Of a stretch of DNA of 46,336 bases, positions 1 to 8,527 are shown in pieces. Each line of letters opens with the position of its first letter. Position 1 is the stretch's first letter. This stretch comes from Marinobacter sp. GTDB lineage: Bacteria > Pseudomonadota > Gammaproteobacteria > Pseudomonadales > Oleiphilaceae. Below the pieces are notes generated by a model. The model saw nothing but the letters and a program-made list of their open reading frames with translations. It was not told where the DNA came from and did not search any database. The position numbers and the translations under genes were made by a program. The stretch covers positions 1 through 46,336 of the forward strand of contig DATJDA010000128.1 of NCBI GenBank assembly GCA_035497695.1, in the 5' to 3' direction.

Positions 1-740
1 TAGCGCTTCAGTACCCAGAGGCGACGTTCTTTAACGTGGGGGAGTACCCAGAAATCCTTGTTTTTCACCGAACGCACAATATCGTCTGCAACATGCTCTG
101 CGGAGATACTGGAGCGTTTCATCAGCTTGTTCACATTCTGCTGAATGCCGGGAATATCCGAACGCATGCTGCTGGTAAGGTTGGTCTGGAAAAACGCAGG
201 GCAAACACAGCTCACGTGAACGCCGTTATCCCGCAATTCCTGCCGCAGTGTTTCCGACAAGGCAATCACACCGGCCTTGGACACATTGTAACTGTCCATA
301 AGCGGCGCGAGCATCAGCCCTGCCATTGATGCAATGTTCACAAATGCACCAGAGCCCTGCTTCTTGAACAGTGGTGTGAACGCCTTGCAACCTCGCACTA
401 CACCCAGCAGGTTGATATCAATAATCCAGTCCCAGTCGGCCATGGTGGTGTCTTCAATAGAGCCGGCAGAAGCTACGCCGGCATTATTCACTACCACATC
501 AACTCCACCCCACTTTGCAGTGAGATCAGCACAAACTTTTTCCAGGTCTGCCAGCCGCCGGACATCGCACTCAACAAAATAGCCTTCGCCACCGTCGCGA
601 TTGATTTCCTGCACAACGCTTGCACCCAGCACCGGATTAATATCACCAATGCAAACTCTGGCGCCCTCCCTGGCATAGCGCAGTGCAATCGCACGGCCAA
701 GGCCGCCGGCGCCGCCTGTGATAAATACTCGTTGTGTCAT
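1..740 (-). CDS. Short-chain dehydrogenase/reductase (SDR); 3' end runs off the window
   Basis: Absent from the ORF track. Translated by hand from ATG at 740: MTQRVFITGGAGGLGRAIA (TGxxxGxG), VNNAGV, ASMAG and catalytic YNVSK (YxxxK). The frame is open to the window edge and starts 14 bp after the acyl-CoA dehydrogenase stop. Confidence 0.93.
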   Translation of the reverse strand, partial: MTQRVFITGGAGGLGRAIALRYAREGARVCIGDINPVLGASVVQEINRDGGEGYFVECDVRRLADLEKVCADLTAKWGGVDVVVNNAGVASAGSIEDTTMADWDWIIDINLLGVVRGCKAFTPLFKKQGSGAFVNIASMAGLMLAPLMDSYNVSKAGVIALSETLRQELRDNGVHVSCVCPAFFQTNLTSSMRSDIPGIQQNVNKLMKRSSISAEHVADDIVRSVKNKDFWVLPHVKERRLWVLKR

Positions 741-754
741 GTGATTGTCCGCTG

Positions 755-1966
755 TTAGTTTTTGTATTTCCGCAATTCAAGACGAGCCACCATTCCCCGG
801 TGAACCTCATCCGGCCCATCCGCCAGACGCAATACCCGAGCATAGGAAAACAGCTGGGTCAGCGGGAAATCTTCATCACTCACCCCGGCACCACCATGAA
901 TCTGAATGGCCTGATCAACAATGGTTTGTAGCATTGACGGCACCACGGCCTTGATCATCGAAACTTCCTGGATTGCTCCCATGATACCCTTGGTATCCAG
1001 CGCCCAGGCGCATTTCAGGGTTAGCAACCGAGCCTGCTCGATGGCCATCCGGGCATTAGCAATAATGTCTGGATTGCCCCCAAGCTTTGCCAATGGGCGA
1101 CCAAACGCCTCACGGCTGACAGCCCGCTTGATCAGAAGCTCAAGAGCCACCTCGGCGGCGCCGATAGCACGCATACAGTGGTGCACACGGCCCGGCCCAA
1201 GGCGGCCCTGGGCAATCTCAAAGCCACGCCCCGCGCCGGCAATAAATGCACTTTTCGGCAACCGGACATTCTCGAACAGCACCTGGCCATGGCCATACGG
1301 CTCATGGTATTCACCAAATACCGGAAGCATGCGCTCAACTGTCACGCCCGGTGTATCCAGCGGAACCAGAACCATTGAGTGGCGGCGATGCTTGTGCGCA
1401 TCCGGATCAGATAGCCCCATAAAAATGGCAACCTTGCAGTCTGGGTGACCCACACCGGAGCTCCACCACTTGCGACCGTTTAACACCACCTCGTCGCCGT
1501 CAAGAATTGCCGTTGCCTCCATGTTTGTCGCATCAGATGAGGCCACAGCCGGTTCTGTCATACAGAAGGCAGAGCGAATTTCGCCACTAAGCAATCGGGG
1601 TAACCACTCTGCTTTCTGCTCCTCAGAGCCGTAATGAATCAACACCTCCATATTGCCGGTATCTGGCGCATTGCAGTTGAAAATCTCGGGGGCAATAAAA
1701 CTGCGGCCAGTTTCTTCCGCAATCAGCGCGTAGTCAGAGTTAAGCAAACCACAGCCGTATTTTTCATCCGGGAAAAACATATTCCACAGACCCTGGGCTT
1801 TGGCCTTTTCTTTCAGTTCATTGATGATCGGCAGCACAACCCAACGGTTATCCAGAGCCGCCAGCTCTTTGTGGTACTGCGCTTCAACCGGGAAAATCTC
1901 ATCCTTCATGAATTTCTTCACCCGGTTGAGATAGTCCTGACCTTTTTCAGAAATATTAAAATCCAT
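755..1966 (-). CDS. Acyl-CoA dehydrogenase, ACAD10/11 (FadE2/LvaC-like) subfamily
   Basis: 403 aa. Motifs FNCNAPDTGNMEVL, FCMTEPAVASSDATN, GRKWWSSG, AQGRLGPGRVHHCMR, QIHGGAGVS and RLADGPDEVH. RBS GAGG upstream. Confidence 0.93.
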   Translation of the reverse strand: MDFNISEKGQDYLNRVKKFMKDEIFPVEAQYHKELAALDNRWVVLPIINELKEKAKAQGLWNMFFPDEKYGCGLLNSDYALIAEETGRSFIAPEIFNCNAPDTGNMEVLIHYGSEEQKAEWLPRLLSGEIRSAFCMTEPAVASSDATNMEATAILDGDEVVLNGRKWWSSGVGHPDCKVAIFMGLSDPDAHKHRRHSMVLVPLDTPGVTVERMLPVFGEYHEPYGHGQVLFENVRLPKSAFIAGAGRGFEIAQGRLGPGRVHHCMRAIGAAEVALELLIKRAVSREAFGRPLAKLGGNPDIIANARMAIEQARLLTLKCAWALDTKGIMGAIQEVSMIKAVVPSMLQTIVDQAIQIHGGAGVSDEDFPLTQLFSYARVLRLADGPDEVHRGMVARLELRKYKN

Positions 1967-2111
1967 CGCTGCGTCCTCACTTGGATTGCACGATCAAGTG
2001 CACTGGAATAATCAGTTAAATCCAGTCTAGGCGCGACACAACTATTACGCGACTGAATTATTCTTATCGTTTATCATTACTAAAACTTATTCTCAGACAC
2101 TGGCATTTAAT
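1967..2111. promoter_or_regulatory. Divergent promoter region between the acyl-CoA dehydrogenase and the LysR gene; probable LysR binding area
   Basis: AT-rich tract (about 2055-2092) between divergent genes, the classic LysR arrangement. No exact box was resolved. Confidence 0.4.
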
Positions 2112-3005
2112 ATGGCACTTAACCGTCTGGATTTAAATCTTCTGCATGTGTTTGACACCATTTACCGGGAAGGCAGTCTGACTCGTGCGGCAAAAGTACT
2201 GCATCTGACGCAACCGGCGGTAAGCCATTCACTGGCGAGGTTGCGGGACCATTTCGATGACCCTTTGTTCACCCGCCAGGGTAATCAGATGGTGCCTACT
2301 CCTCTGGCCCGCCGGTTTCTTGAGTCCATGCGGCCTGGCCTCACTCAGATTCAGAGTGCGGTAAACCAGTTTCACGCCTTTGACCCTGTCAATCAGCGCA
2401 AATCCTATTCACTCGGGCTGAGGGATGTTCTTGAATCTACGTTTCTTCCTCAACTGATGAGCCGGCTGGCTTCCTATCCGGAACTGGAAATTTCCAGCCA
2501 GCGAATAGCGAGAAGAGAAATGGAATCTTTGCTGGCAGCAGGAAAACTCGACTTCGCCGTAGATGTGTTACTGCCAATAAGCGGCCAGACAGCTCACGAA
2601 CTGTTGCGGCAGGACAGAATGGTTGTACTTGCCCGGAAAGGCCATTCGCTGACCGCAGAGGCCTTGACCTTGGGTGGCTATTTATCTGCAAAGCATGTAC
2701 TTGTGTCGTCGCGAACAGAAGGCCCGGGGATTGAGGATTTCGAACTTTCCCGCCTTGGGGTGCAGCGCACGATACGGCTACGCTGCCAACACTATTACGC
2801 CGCATGTCGGGTAGTTGAGAAAACAGACCTGCTGTTAACCATGCCGGAAACCTATGCCCAAATAATTGCCCAGCGGGCCAACATAACCATTATGGCACCG
2901 CCGGCAGATTTCCCGTCAATTGATGTGCACCTGTACTGGCACAAGGCCTATGACCGGGAGCCGGCCCTGATCTGGTTCCGGGATCAGTTGCGCACGATTT
3001 CCTGA
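2112..3005 (+). CDS. LysR-family transcriptional regulator (NodD/MexT/LeuO-like)
   Basis: N-terminal HTH LDLNLL...SLTRAAKVLHLTQPAVSHSLARLRDHFDDPLFTR; C-terminal WH...DPxxxWFR-like end; 297 aa. Confidence 0.95.
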   Translation: MALNRLDLNLLHVFDTIYREGSLTRAAKVLHLTQPAVSHSLARLRDHFDDPLFTRQGNQMVPTPLARRFLESMRPGLTQIQSAVNQFHAFDPVNQRKSYSLGLRDVLESTFLPQLMSRLASYPELEISSQRIARREMESLLAAGKLDFAVDVLLPISGQTAHELLRQDRMVVLARKGHSLTAEALTLGGYLSAKHVLVSSRTEGPGIEDFELSRLGVQRTIRLRCQHYYAACRVVEKTDLLLTMPETYAQIIAQRANITIMAPPADFPSIDVHLYWHKAYDREPALIWFRDQLRTIS

Positions 3006-3012
3006 GTAGCGG

Positions 3013-3417
3013 TCAGTAGGCACCAACGAGGCCCAGAAAACCGAAGAAGGTCAGGCCGGTAATGCCCAACGAGGCCAGAACAATGCCAAACCCCCACCAG
3101 ATAGCAGCGCCATCAGAGACATCCACGCCCTGGCTTCTTACGGTTCGGTAGAACGCCCAGGGGCCAAGAATAAATGCGCCGACAACCATAAACACCAAAC
3201 CAACACTCAGGCCGGCAAACGTCCAGGTGGCCAGTGCGGTTGTCCGCTCAGACAGTTGGTCTGTCACTCCTTTATGCTCCAGAAATTTTCTGCACAAGGT
3301 CCAGAGCAAAGCAAACAGCAGGGCCACAAAAATCAGCCCGCCTATAACGGTTAATATGCGATAGAGCACCAGTAGTATCCTGTCAGTCGATTTAGATTTG
3401 GCTGGCCCAATTGACAC
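3013..3417 (-). CDS. Hypothetical small membrane protein (about 3 predicted TM helices)
   Basis: 134 aa with three hydrophobic stretches. It fills the gap after LysR and has a GTG start with a G-rich RBS. Start is uncertain. Confidence 0.7.
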   Translation of the reverse strand: MSIGPAKSKSTDRILLVLYRILTVIGGLIFVALLFALLWTLCRKFLEHKGVTDQLSERTTALATWTFAGLSVGLVFMVVGAFILGPWAFYRTVRSQGVDVSDGAAIWWGFGIVLASLGITGLTFFGFLGLVGAY

Positions 3418-3596
3418 CAGCCCCCTATTAATGGAAGGGTGTTAAAGCCTGGTTGAAACTTCACTATAGCTTTAAGCCCCTGCGGGTGGAATACAACTGT
3501 ACTCTGCTACCCTCATGTACGCTGGTATCCGCTGGCTTGATGACTAAACTGAAGTTTGGCACTGACCCGAGTTTACTTGACTAAGGAGTCCACACT

Positions 3597-4751
3597 ATGG
3601 CCGAAACTATCCGTATTGCCGTTACCCCGGGCGACGGCATTGGCCCGGAAGTGGTGAGTGAAGCGGTACGTTGCCTGGAAACTCTGCGCGCAAAACACGG
3701 CCTGGCTCTTGAGTGGACTCGTTTTCCCTGGCCCTCTCACGCCTGGCACGAAGAGCATGGTGAATCCATGCCCGAAGATGCTCTGGCCAAGCTGCAACAA
3801 TACGATGCCATTCTTCTGGGCGCTCTGGGCGATCCGGGCCCGCTGACAGATCCAGACCGCTACCTGTTATCAGATAGCATTTCTCTGGCACCGCTTCTGA
3901 ACATACGCAAGCACTTCGATCAGTGGGTGTGTGAGCGCCCGGCCCGCCTGTTACCTGGCGCGCGCCAGTATCTTGCCGATGAGCGTGCAAAAGATGTCGA
4001 TATGCTGGTGATCCGTGAAAATTCCGAAGGGGAATACGTAAGCCAGGGAGGCCGCTTGCACAAAGGGGCTCCCGACGAAGTGGCAACCCAAATGGAAGTC
4101 TTCACCCGCAAGGCAACCGATCGCATTATCCGATACGGTTTTGAACAGGCCCGCAGCCGCGCGACAAAGCGGCTTAAAGAAGGCCGCGCCCGAAGCTTCT
4201 CCACCGTTGTTGGCGGCACCCGCGAAAGCCAGGTATGTCTGATTACCAAACGCAATGCTTTGCGCTATTGGGGAGATATGTACACCGAGGCGTTTGAAGC
4301 GATCAGCAAAGAATTTCCGGATGTAGCCACTCATCATGAACTGGTTGATGCCGCCTGCATGAAGTTTGTACAAAGCCCGTGGGCGTTTGACGTGGTTGTG
4401 GCGAGCAACCTGCAGGGCGATATTCTGACCGATCTGGCGGCGGTGCTGTCTGGCGGTATGGGCGTAGCGCCATCCTGCAATCTGAACCCTACCGACCCCA
4501 ACATGCCATCCATGTTTGAACCAACACACGGCAGCGCACCGGATATAGCCAGCCGCGGGCTGGCAGACCCTACTGCCATGATTTTTACAACGGCGCGTAT
4601 GCTGGAGTGGCTGGGCAGGAAAGACCCGACACTGGCGGCAGCCGGCAAAGAGTTGTTTGACGCAACGGCGGCTGACCTGAAGGAGAACTCAGGCAAGCAG
4701 CGCGGAACCCGCGATATAGGCTCCGCAATTTGTAAACGTTTGTCATCCTGA
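3597..4751 (+). CDS. Isocitrate/isopropylmalate dehydrogenase family protein (tartrate/D-malate dehydrogenase-like, beta-decarboxylating)
   Basis: Motifs PGDGIGPEV, RENSEGEY, TKRNA, LVDA, NLQGDILTDL and MFEPTHGSAPDIA. RBS AAGGAG. Confidence 0.9.
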   Translation: MAETIRIAVTPGDGIGPEVVSEAVRCLETLRAKHGLALEWTRFPWPSHAWHEEHGESMPEDALAKLQQYDAILLGALGDPGPLTDPDRYLLSDSISLAPLLNIRKHFDQWVCERPARLLPGARQYLADERAKDVDMLVIRENSEGEYVSQGGRLHKGAPDEVATQMEVFTRKATDRIIRYGFEQARSRATKRLKEGRARSFSTVVGGTRESQVCLITKRNALRYWGDMYTEAFEAISKEFPDVATHHELVDAACMKFVQSPWAFDVVVASNLQGDILTDLAAVLSGGMGVAPSCNLNPTDPNMPSMFEPTHGSAPDIASRGLADPTAMIFTTARMLEWLGRKDPTLAAAGKELFDATAADLKENSGKQRGTRDIGSAICKRLSS

Positions 4752-4821
4752 CCAGGCATGACATTAACAAGTGCAGAATTCAGTCTGCGCAAGGAATCAA
4801 ATTCACTTCGGGAGGCGTATC

Positions 4822-6081
4822 GTGACCGACCACAAAGGTAAGTTATCACCCCTACTCAAGCAGGCGACAGGCATTACTGCCACCAAAGGAGAAGGTGCCT
4901 ATATTATCGACCCGGAAGGTCGTCGGTATCTCGATTTTACATCGGGAATCGGCGTTACCAGCACCGGACACTGCCATCCAAAAGTTGTCGCGGCAGCACA
5001 GAAGCAAGTGGCGACAATGATTCATGCCCAGGCCACCACGGTGATGAACCCGCGGCTGCCCGAACTTGCAGAAAAGCTTGGCAAACTCACACCCGATCCT
5101 CTGAATGCGTTTTTCTTTTCCAACGCTGGCACTGAGGTAACTGAAGGCGCCATACGCCTTGTCAGGCAGGCAACGGGACGGCCCAATATTATTGTGTTCC
5201 ACGGCGGTTTTCATGGCCGCACCATGGGTTCGCTTTCAATGACCACCTCAAGCGTTGCCTTGCGCGCCGGGGTTGGCCCCATGATGGCGGGTGTCGTTGT
5301 TGCACCCTTCCCCCATGCCTATCACTACGGCTGGGACCTGGAAACAGCAACAGACTTCTGCCTGAAGGAACTGGACCGGATATTTGTAACCTACTCAGCC
5401 CCTAAAGAAACTGCCGCCATGGTGATTGAACCGATACAAGGTGAAGGTGGCTACGTGCCGGCCAATACGCGGTTCATGCAAGGCCTGAGAGAACGCTGTG
5501 ACAAGCACGGCATTATGCTGGTGTTTGATGAGATTCAGGCGGGCTTCGGCCGTAGCGGGAAGTTCTGGGCTCACCAGCACTTCGGGGTTACTCCGGATGT
5601 CATGATGATTGCCAAGGGCCTTGCCAGCGGCTTTCCGATCTCGGCTCTTGCAGCCTCTGAGGAAACCATGGCCAAAGGCTGGCTTGGCTCTCAGGGGGGT
5701 ACTTACGGGGGCAATGCAGTCTCTGCAGCCGCCGCCATTGCCACAATTGACGTAATCCGGGAAGAGAACCTGGTAGAGAATGCAGACAAGATGGGTAAAC
5801 GGCTGTGGGATAACCTTCACACCCTCAAGAAAGACTACCCTGACATGGCCGATGTTCGTGGTAAAGGCCTGATGATTGGCGTTGAAATGCGCCGGAACAA
5901 CGAACCAGACGGTGATCGCGCAGCGAGCATTCTCAAGGAGTGCGAGAAACGCAATCTGTTAATGCTTCGATGCGGCCCCTATGGCGAAATCGTACGTTGG
6001 CTGCCACCTCTTATCGTTACTCAGCAGCAAATTGACGAGGCAACCGGTATTTTCGAGGAGGCCTTAAAGGCGACAGCCTGA
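4822..6081 (+). CDS. Class-III PLP aminotransferase (GabT/omega-amino acid transaminase-like)
   Basis: Motifs YLDFTSGIGVTSTGHCHP, FHGRT, EPIQGEGG, FDEIQAGFGRSG, AKGLASG (PLP lysine) and GGTYGGN. Start moved from 4771 to GTG 4822, which follows GGAGG at 4811. Confidence 0.92.
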   Translation: MTDHKGKLSPLLKQATGITATKGEGAYIIDPEGRRYLDFTSGIGVTSTGHCHPKVVAAAQKQVATMIHAQATTVMNPRLPELAEKLGKLTPDPLNAFFFSNAGTEVTEGAIRLVRQATGRPNIIVFHGGFHGRTMGSLSMTTSSVALRAGVGPMMAGVVVAPFPHAYHYGWDLETATDFCLKELDRIFVTYSAPKETAAMVIEPIQGEGGYVPANTRFMQGLRERCDKHGIMLVFDEIQAGFGRSGKFWAHQHFGVTPDVMMIAKGLASGFPISALAASEETMAKGWLGSQGGTYGGNAVSAAAAIATIDVIREENLVENADKMGKRLWDNLHTLKKDYPDMADVRGKGLMIGVEMRRNNEPDGDRAASILKECEKRNLLMLRCGPYGEIVRWLPPLIVTQQQIDEATGIFEEALKATA

Positions 6082-6099
6082 ACCGGGGCAGGCGGAAAG

Positions 6100-6137
6100 A
6101 AAAAGGGACACCCGGTAAACCGGCTGTCCCTTTTTTT
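6100..6137. terminator. Bidirectional rho-independent terminator
   Basis: AAAAAGGGACA-C-CCGGT-AA-ACCGG-C-TGTCCCTTTTTTT, a hairpin with A and T tracts on both sides between convergent genes. Confidence 0.85.
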
Positions 6138-6204
6138 GTGTACAGCTTTTACATGTACAGCGACCTTTTGCACTCACGTTAAATTTAACAGTGAGCTGCC
6201 TGGC

Positions 6205-6777
6205 TTATTTGTCTGCCATAACAAATTCAAGGCGGCCAGGTGCCACGCGCACATCCATAGGCACCAGACCAAGTATGCGCTGGCCGGCATTTGTTTCATC
6301 AAGACGATACACCGGCATGGTTTCCAGCATCTGGGCCACTACCCGCATTACCGTGTCTGTAACCGGCTTCAGATCGCCCTTGAAGAGTGGGGATTCAATA
6401 CGGCTGTCCAGCAGTTTCAGGCGGCGAATAAAAATAGCCTTTTCCTTACTGTCGTACACAGGAGCCCCTTCCACTTTCAGGAAAATATCGACCGGCAGCT
6501 TGGCCATAAGGGCATTCAGTGCAACCTGCCCCTGCAGATCAATTACCGCAACATCCCGGCCGTCTGGCCCAAGGGTTACATCGGCATTACTCAAACTTAA
6601 ACTGAGGGGTGAGCCATTTTGCAACTGGTTACGGTCGTAATCACTGACCATGCTCTGGAGATGCCTTTCCAGCTCACCTTCGGAAATAGAGTACGGAGAT
6701 AAACTGGCACACCCACTTAGTAATGCAACAGCCAGCACAGCAAGAACCTTGAGGCCCTTAAAAGATACGTTCGTCAT
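6205..6777 (-). CDS. DUF1439 (YceB-like) lipoprotein
   Basis: Lipobox LLSGC after a signal peptide, then YSISExEL and the C-terminal PVYRLD typical of the YceB family. Confidence 0.8.
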   Translation of the reverse strand: MTNVSFKGLKVLAVLAVALLSGCASLSPYSISEGELERHLQSMVSDYDRNQLQNGSPLSLSLSNADVTLGPDGRDVAVIDLQGQVALNALMAKLPVDIFLKVEGAPVYDSKEKAIFIRRLKLLDSRIESPLFKGDLKPVTDTVMRVVAQMLETMPVYRLDETNAGQRILGLVPMDVRVAPGRLEFVMADK

Positions 6778-6872
6778 AAAGTTGTCTCTGCGGATTTGCC
6801 TGTATCCTGATACACAGTGTGTATTTGGGCAGTATCGAAGGGTTAATGATAGGCCAGAATCACCCGGGCCAG

Positions 6873-7064
6873 TTATTCATTTTCGGCCCGGGCATCAACC
6901 TGAGGGGTAAGATTATCATCAAACGTAACATGAATCAGAATTGGCTGGCAGCAGATCTGGCAATCTTCTACATACTCCTGTTCCGGTACTGATGGGTCTA
7001 CGCTGATGTCCAGTGTTTCCCAACAGTACGGGCATTGAATAAGAACAGAATCCAGTGCTGACAT
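6873..7064 (-). CDS. Small CPXCG-motif cysteine-rich (zinc-ribbon) protein
   Basis: CPYCWE...YVEDCQICCQPI. Likely start is ATG 7064 (MSALD), just downstream of the aminotransferase stop. Confidence 0.8.
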   Translation of the reverse strand: MSALDSVLIQCPYCWETLDISVDPSVPEQEYVEDCQICCQPILIHVTFDDNLTPQVDARAENE

Positions 7065-7072
7065 TATCGGCC

Positions 7073-8299
7073 TCAAAACTGTTGTTTTGCCATCCAGGGA
7101 ATGATGCGGTCAAAAGCCTGTTCCAGCTTTTCACAGGTTGTCGAAAAACTGATGCGAAACGCGTTTGTACAGGCTTCACCAAAAGCATCACCAGGAACAA
7201 CACACACTCCGGTTTCCTTGAGCATTCGTAACGCTAAATCTGAGCCGTCTACATGGGGCGGAAGATTCGGAAACGCATAGAAAGCACCACCCGGTTTATA
7301 ACCGGTCAGGTACGGAGTTTGTTCAATCAACTCAACCACTTTGTCACGGCGCTCACGGTAAATTCCGAGCATGTTCCTGACACACTGCTGATCTCCGGTC
7401 AGGGCCGCCACACCTGCGAATTGGGCGGGGGTGTTGGCAACGGACGTTGTAAACATGTGATACCGGCGCAGTGACTTGATCGCCGCCTGGCTGGAGATCA
7501 CCCAGCCCACCCTCAACCCGGCCATACTGTAGGTTTTTGAGAAGCTGCTGATACACATTATGTTATCAAGGTCCATCTCGCAGCTCAGAACACTGGCAAA
7601 ATCGTCATCATCAAAAACCATGTGGTCATAAACTTCATCTGCATACACATGAATGCCCCGGTATGCACACTCTTTAAGAATCATTTCCACGGTGCTGCGG
7701 GGATACACCGCACCGGTTGGGTTGTTAGGGTTGTTCAGAATGAGTGCAAACGTGCGCGAGCCCATAGCCCTGATTACTTCATCGGGATCAAGCTGATGGT
7801 CATTGGAGACCTGCGTCGTTATAAATTTAACCTCGCCCCCATTCATTCTGATCAGCGGTGCATAAAGCAGAAACGAAGGGTCAGTAACAATAAACTGCCG
7901 GCCGGGTGCAGCGGTTGCCGCAATCGCCAGATACATGGCTTCGGTTGCACCATTGGTCACCAGAATGTTGTCGCGGGTCAGTTTCCGGTTATAGCGTTTG
8001 CTGTAGTAATCCCGCAATGCAACCAGCAATTCCGGTAAGCCGGCATCCATGGTGTAACCGGTCTGGCCGGCGTTGAGCGCATCAATGTAGGCATCAATAA
8101 TATGCGTGGGTGTCGGTAAATCGGGCTGGCCGATAGAAAGATGAATAACATCCTTCATAGTGGACGCCATGTTTACCATGCGGCGGATGCCTGGCACCGG
8201 AATAGCCTGCATGGCAGGATTCCAGCTGGCTTTATGTTTACGATAATTCACTTTGCGTACAGCAGACTGGCCAGTCTCTCGATTGGCGGGTGTGGACAT
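7073..8299 (-). CDS. Class I/II PLP-dependent aminotransferase (aspartate aminotransferase Ib-like)
   Basis: Motifs LSIGQPD, NNPNNPTG, DEVY, SFSKTYSMAGLRVGW and VVPGDAFG. RBS GGAGG. Confidence 0.92.
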   Translation of the reverse strand: MSTPANRETGQSAVRKVNYRKHKASWNPAMQAIPVPGIRRMVNMASTMKDVIHLSIGQPDLPTPTHIIDAYIDALNAGQTGYTMDAGLPELLVALRDYYSKRYNRKLTRDNILVTNGATEAMYLAIAATAAPGRQFIVTDPSFLLYAPLIRMNGGEVKFITTQVSNDHQLDPDEVIRAMGSRTFALILNNPNNPTGAVYPRSTVEMILKECAYRGIHVYADEVYDHMVFDDDDFASVLSCEMDLDNIMCISSFSKTYSMAGLRVGWVISSQAAIKSLRRYHMFTTSVANTPAQFAGVAALTGDQQCVRNMLGIYRERRDKVVELIEQTPYLTGYKPGGAFYAFPNLPPHVDGSDLALRMLKETGVCVVPGDAFGEACTNAFRISFSTTCEKLEQAFDRIIPWMAKQQF

Positions 8300-8527
8300 A
8301 ACTACCTCCAGAAAGCGGGGCAGGAAAATACCTACTCTTTCAGGTTAGCTATGAAAAACCGTGCATACAAGGCGAAACACTATAAAGGTGATGTAAGTGA
8401 AAGTACCGTTACCCTACGTATTACCAGTGCGTTTTCCCGGAGCAAGTTGACCGGAATGCGCCCGCCAACCAGACTGTCAGTAGATACGTTTGCAGCATTT
8501 TGATTCAAACCGTCACGGGGAGGTTCA

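Noticed and set aside
36-954. Several short ORFs listed in the track
   Set aside because: They are explained by the true minus-strand SDR (1-740) and the acyl-CoA dehydrogenase.
6138-6161. Direct repeat TGTACAGC x2
   Set aside because: Only two short copies, located between convergent 3' ends. It is not a CRISPR array and no promoter context supports an operator.
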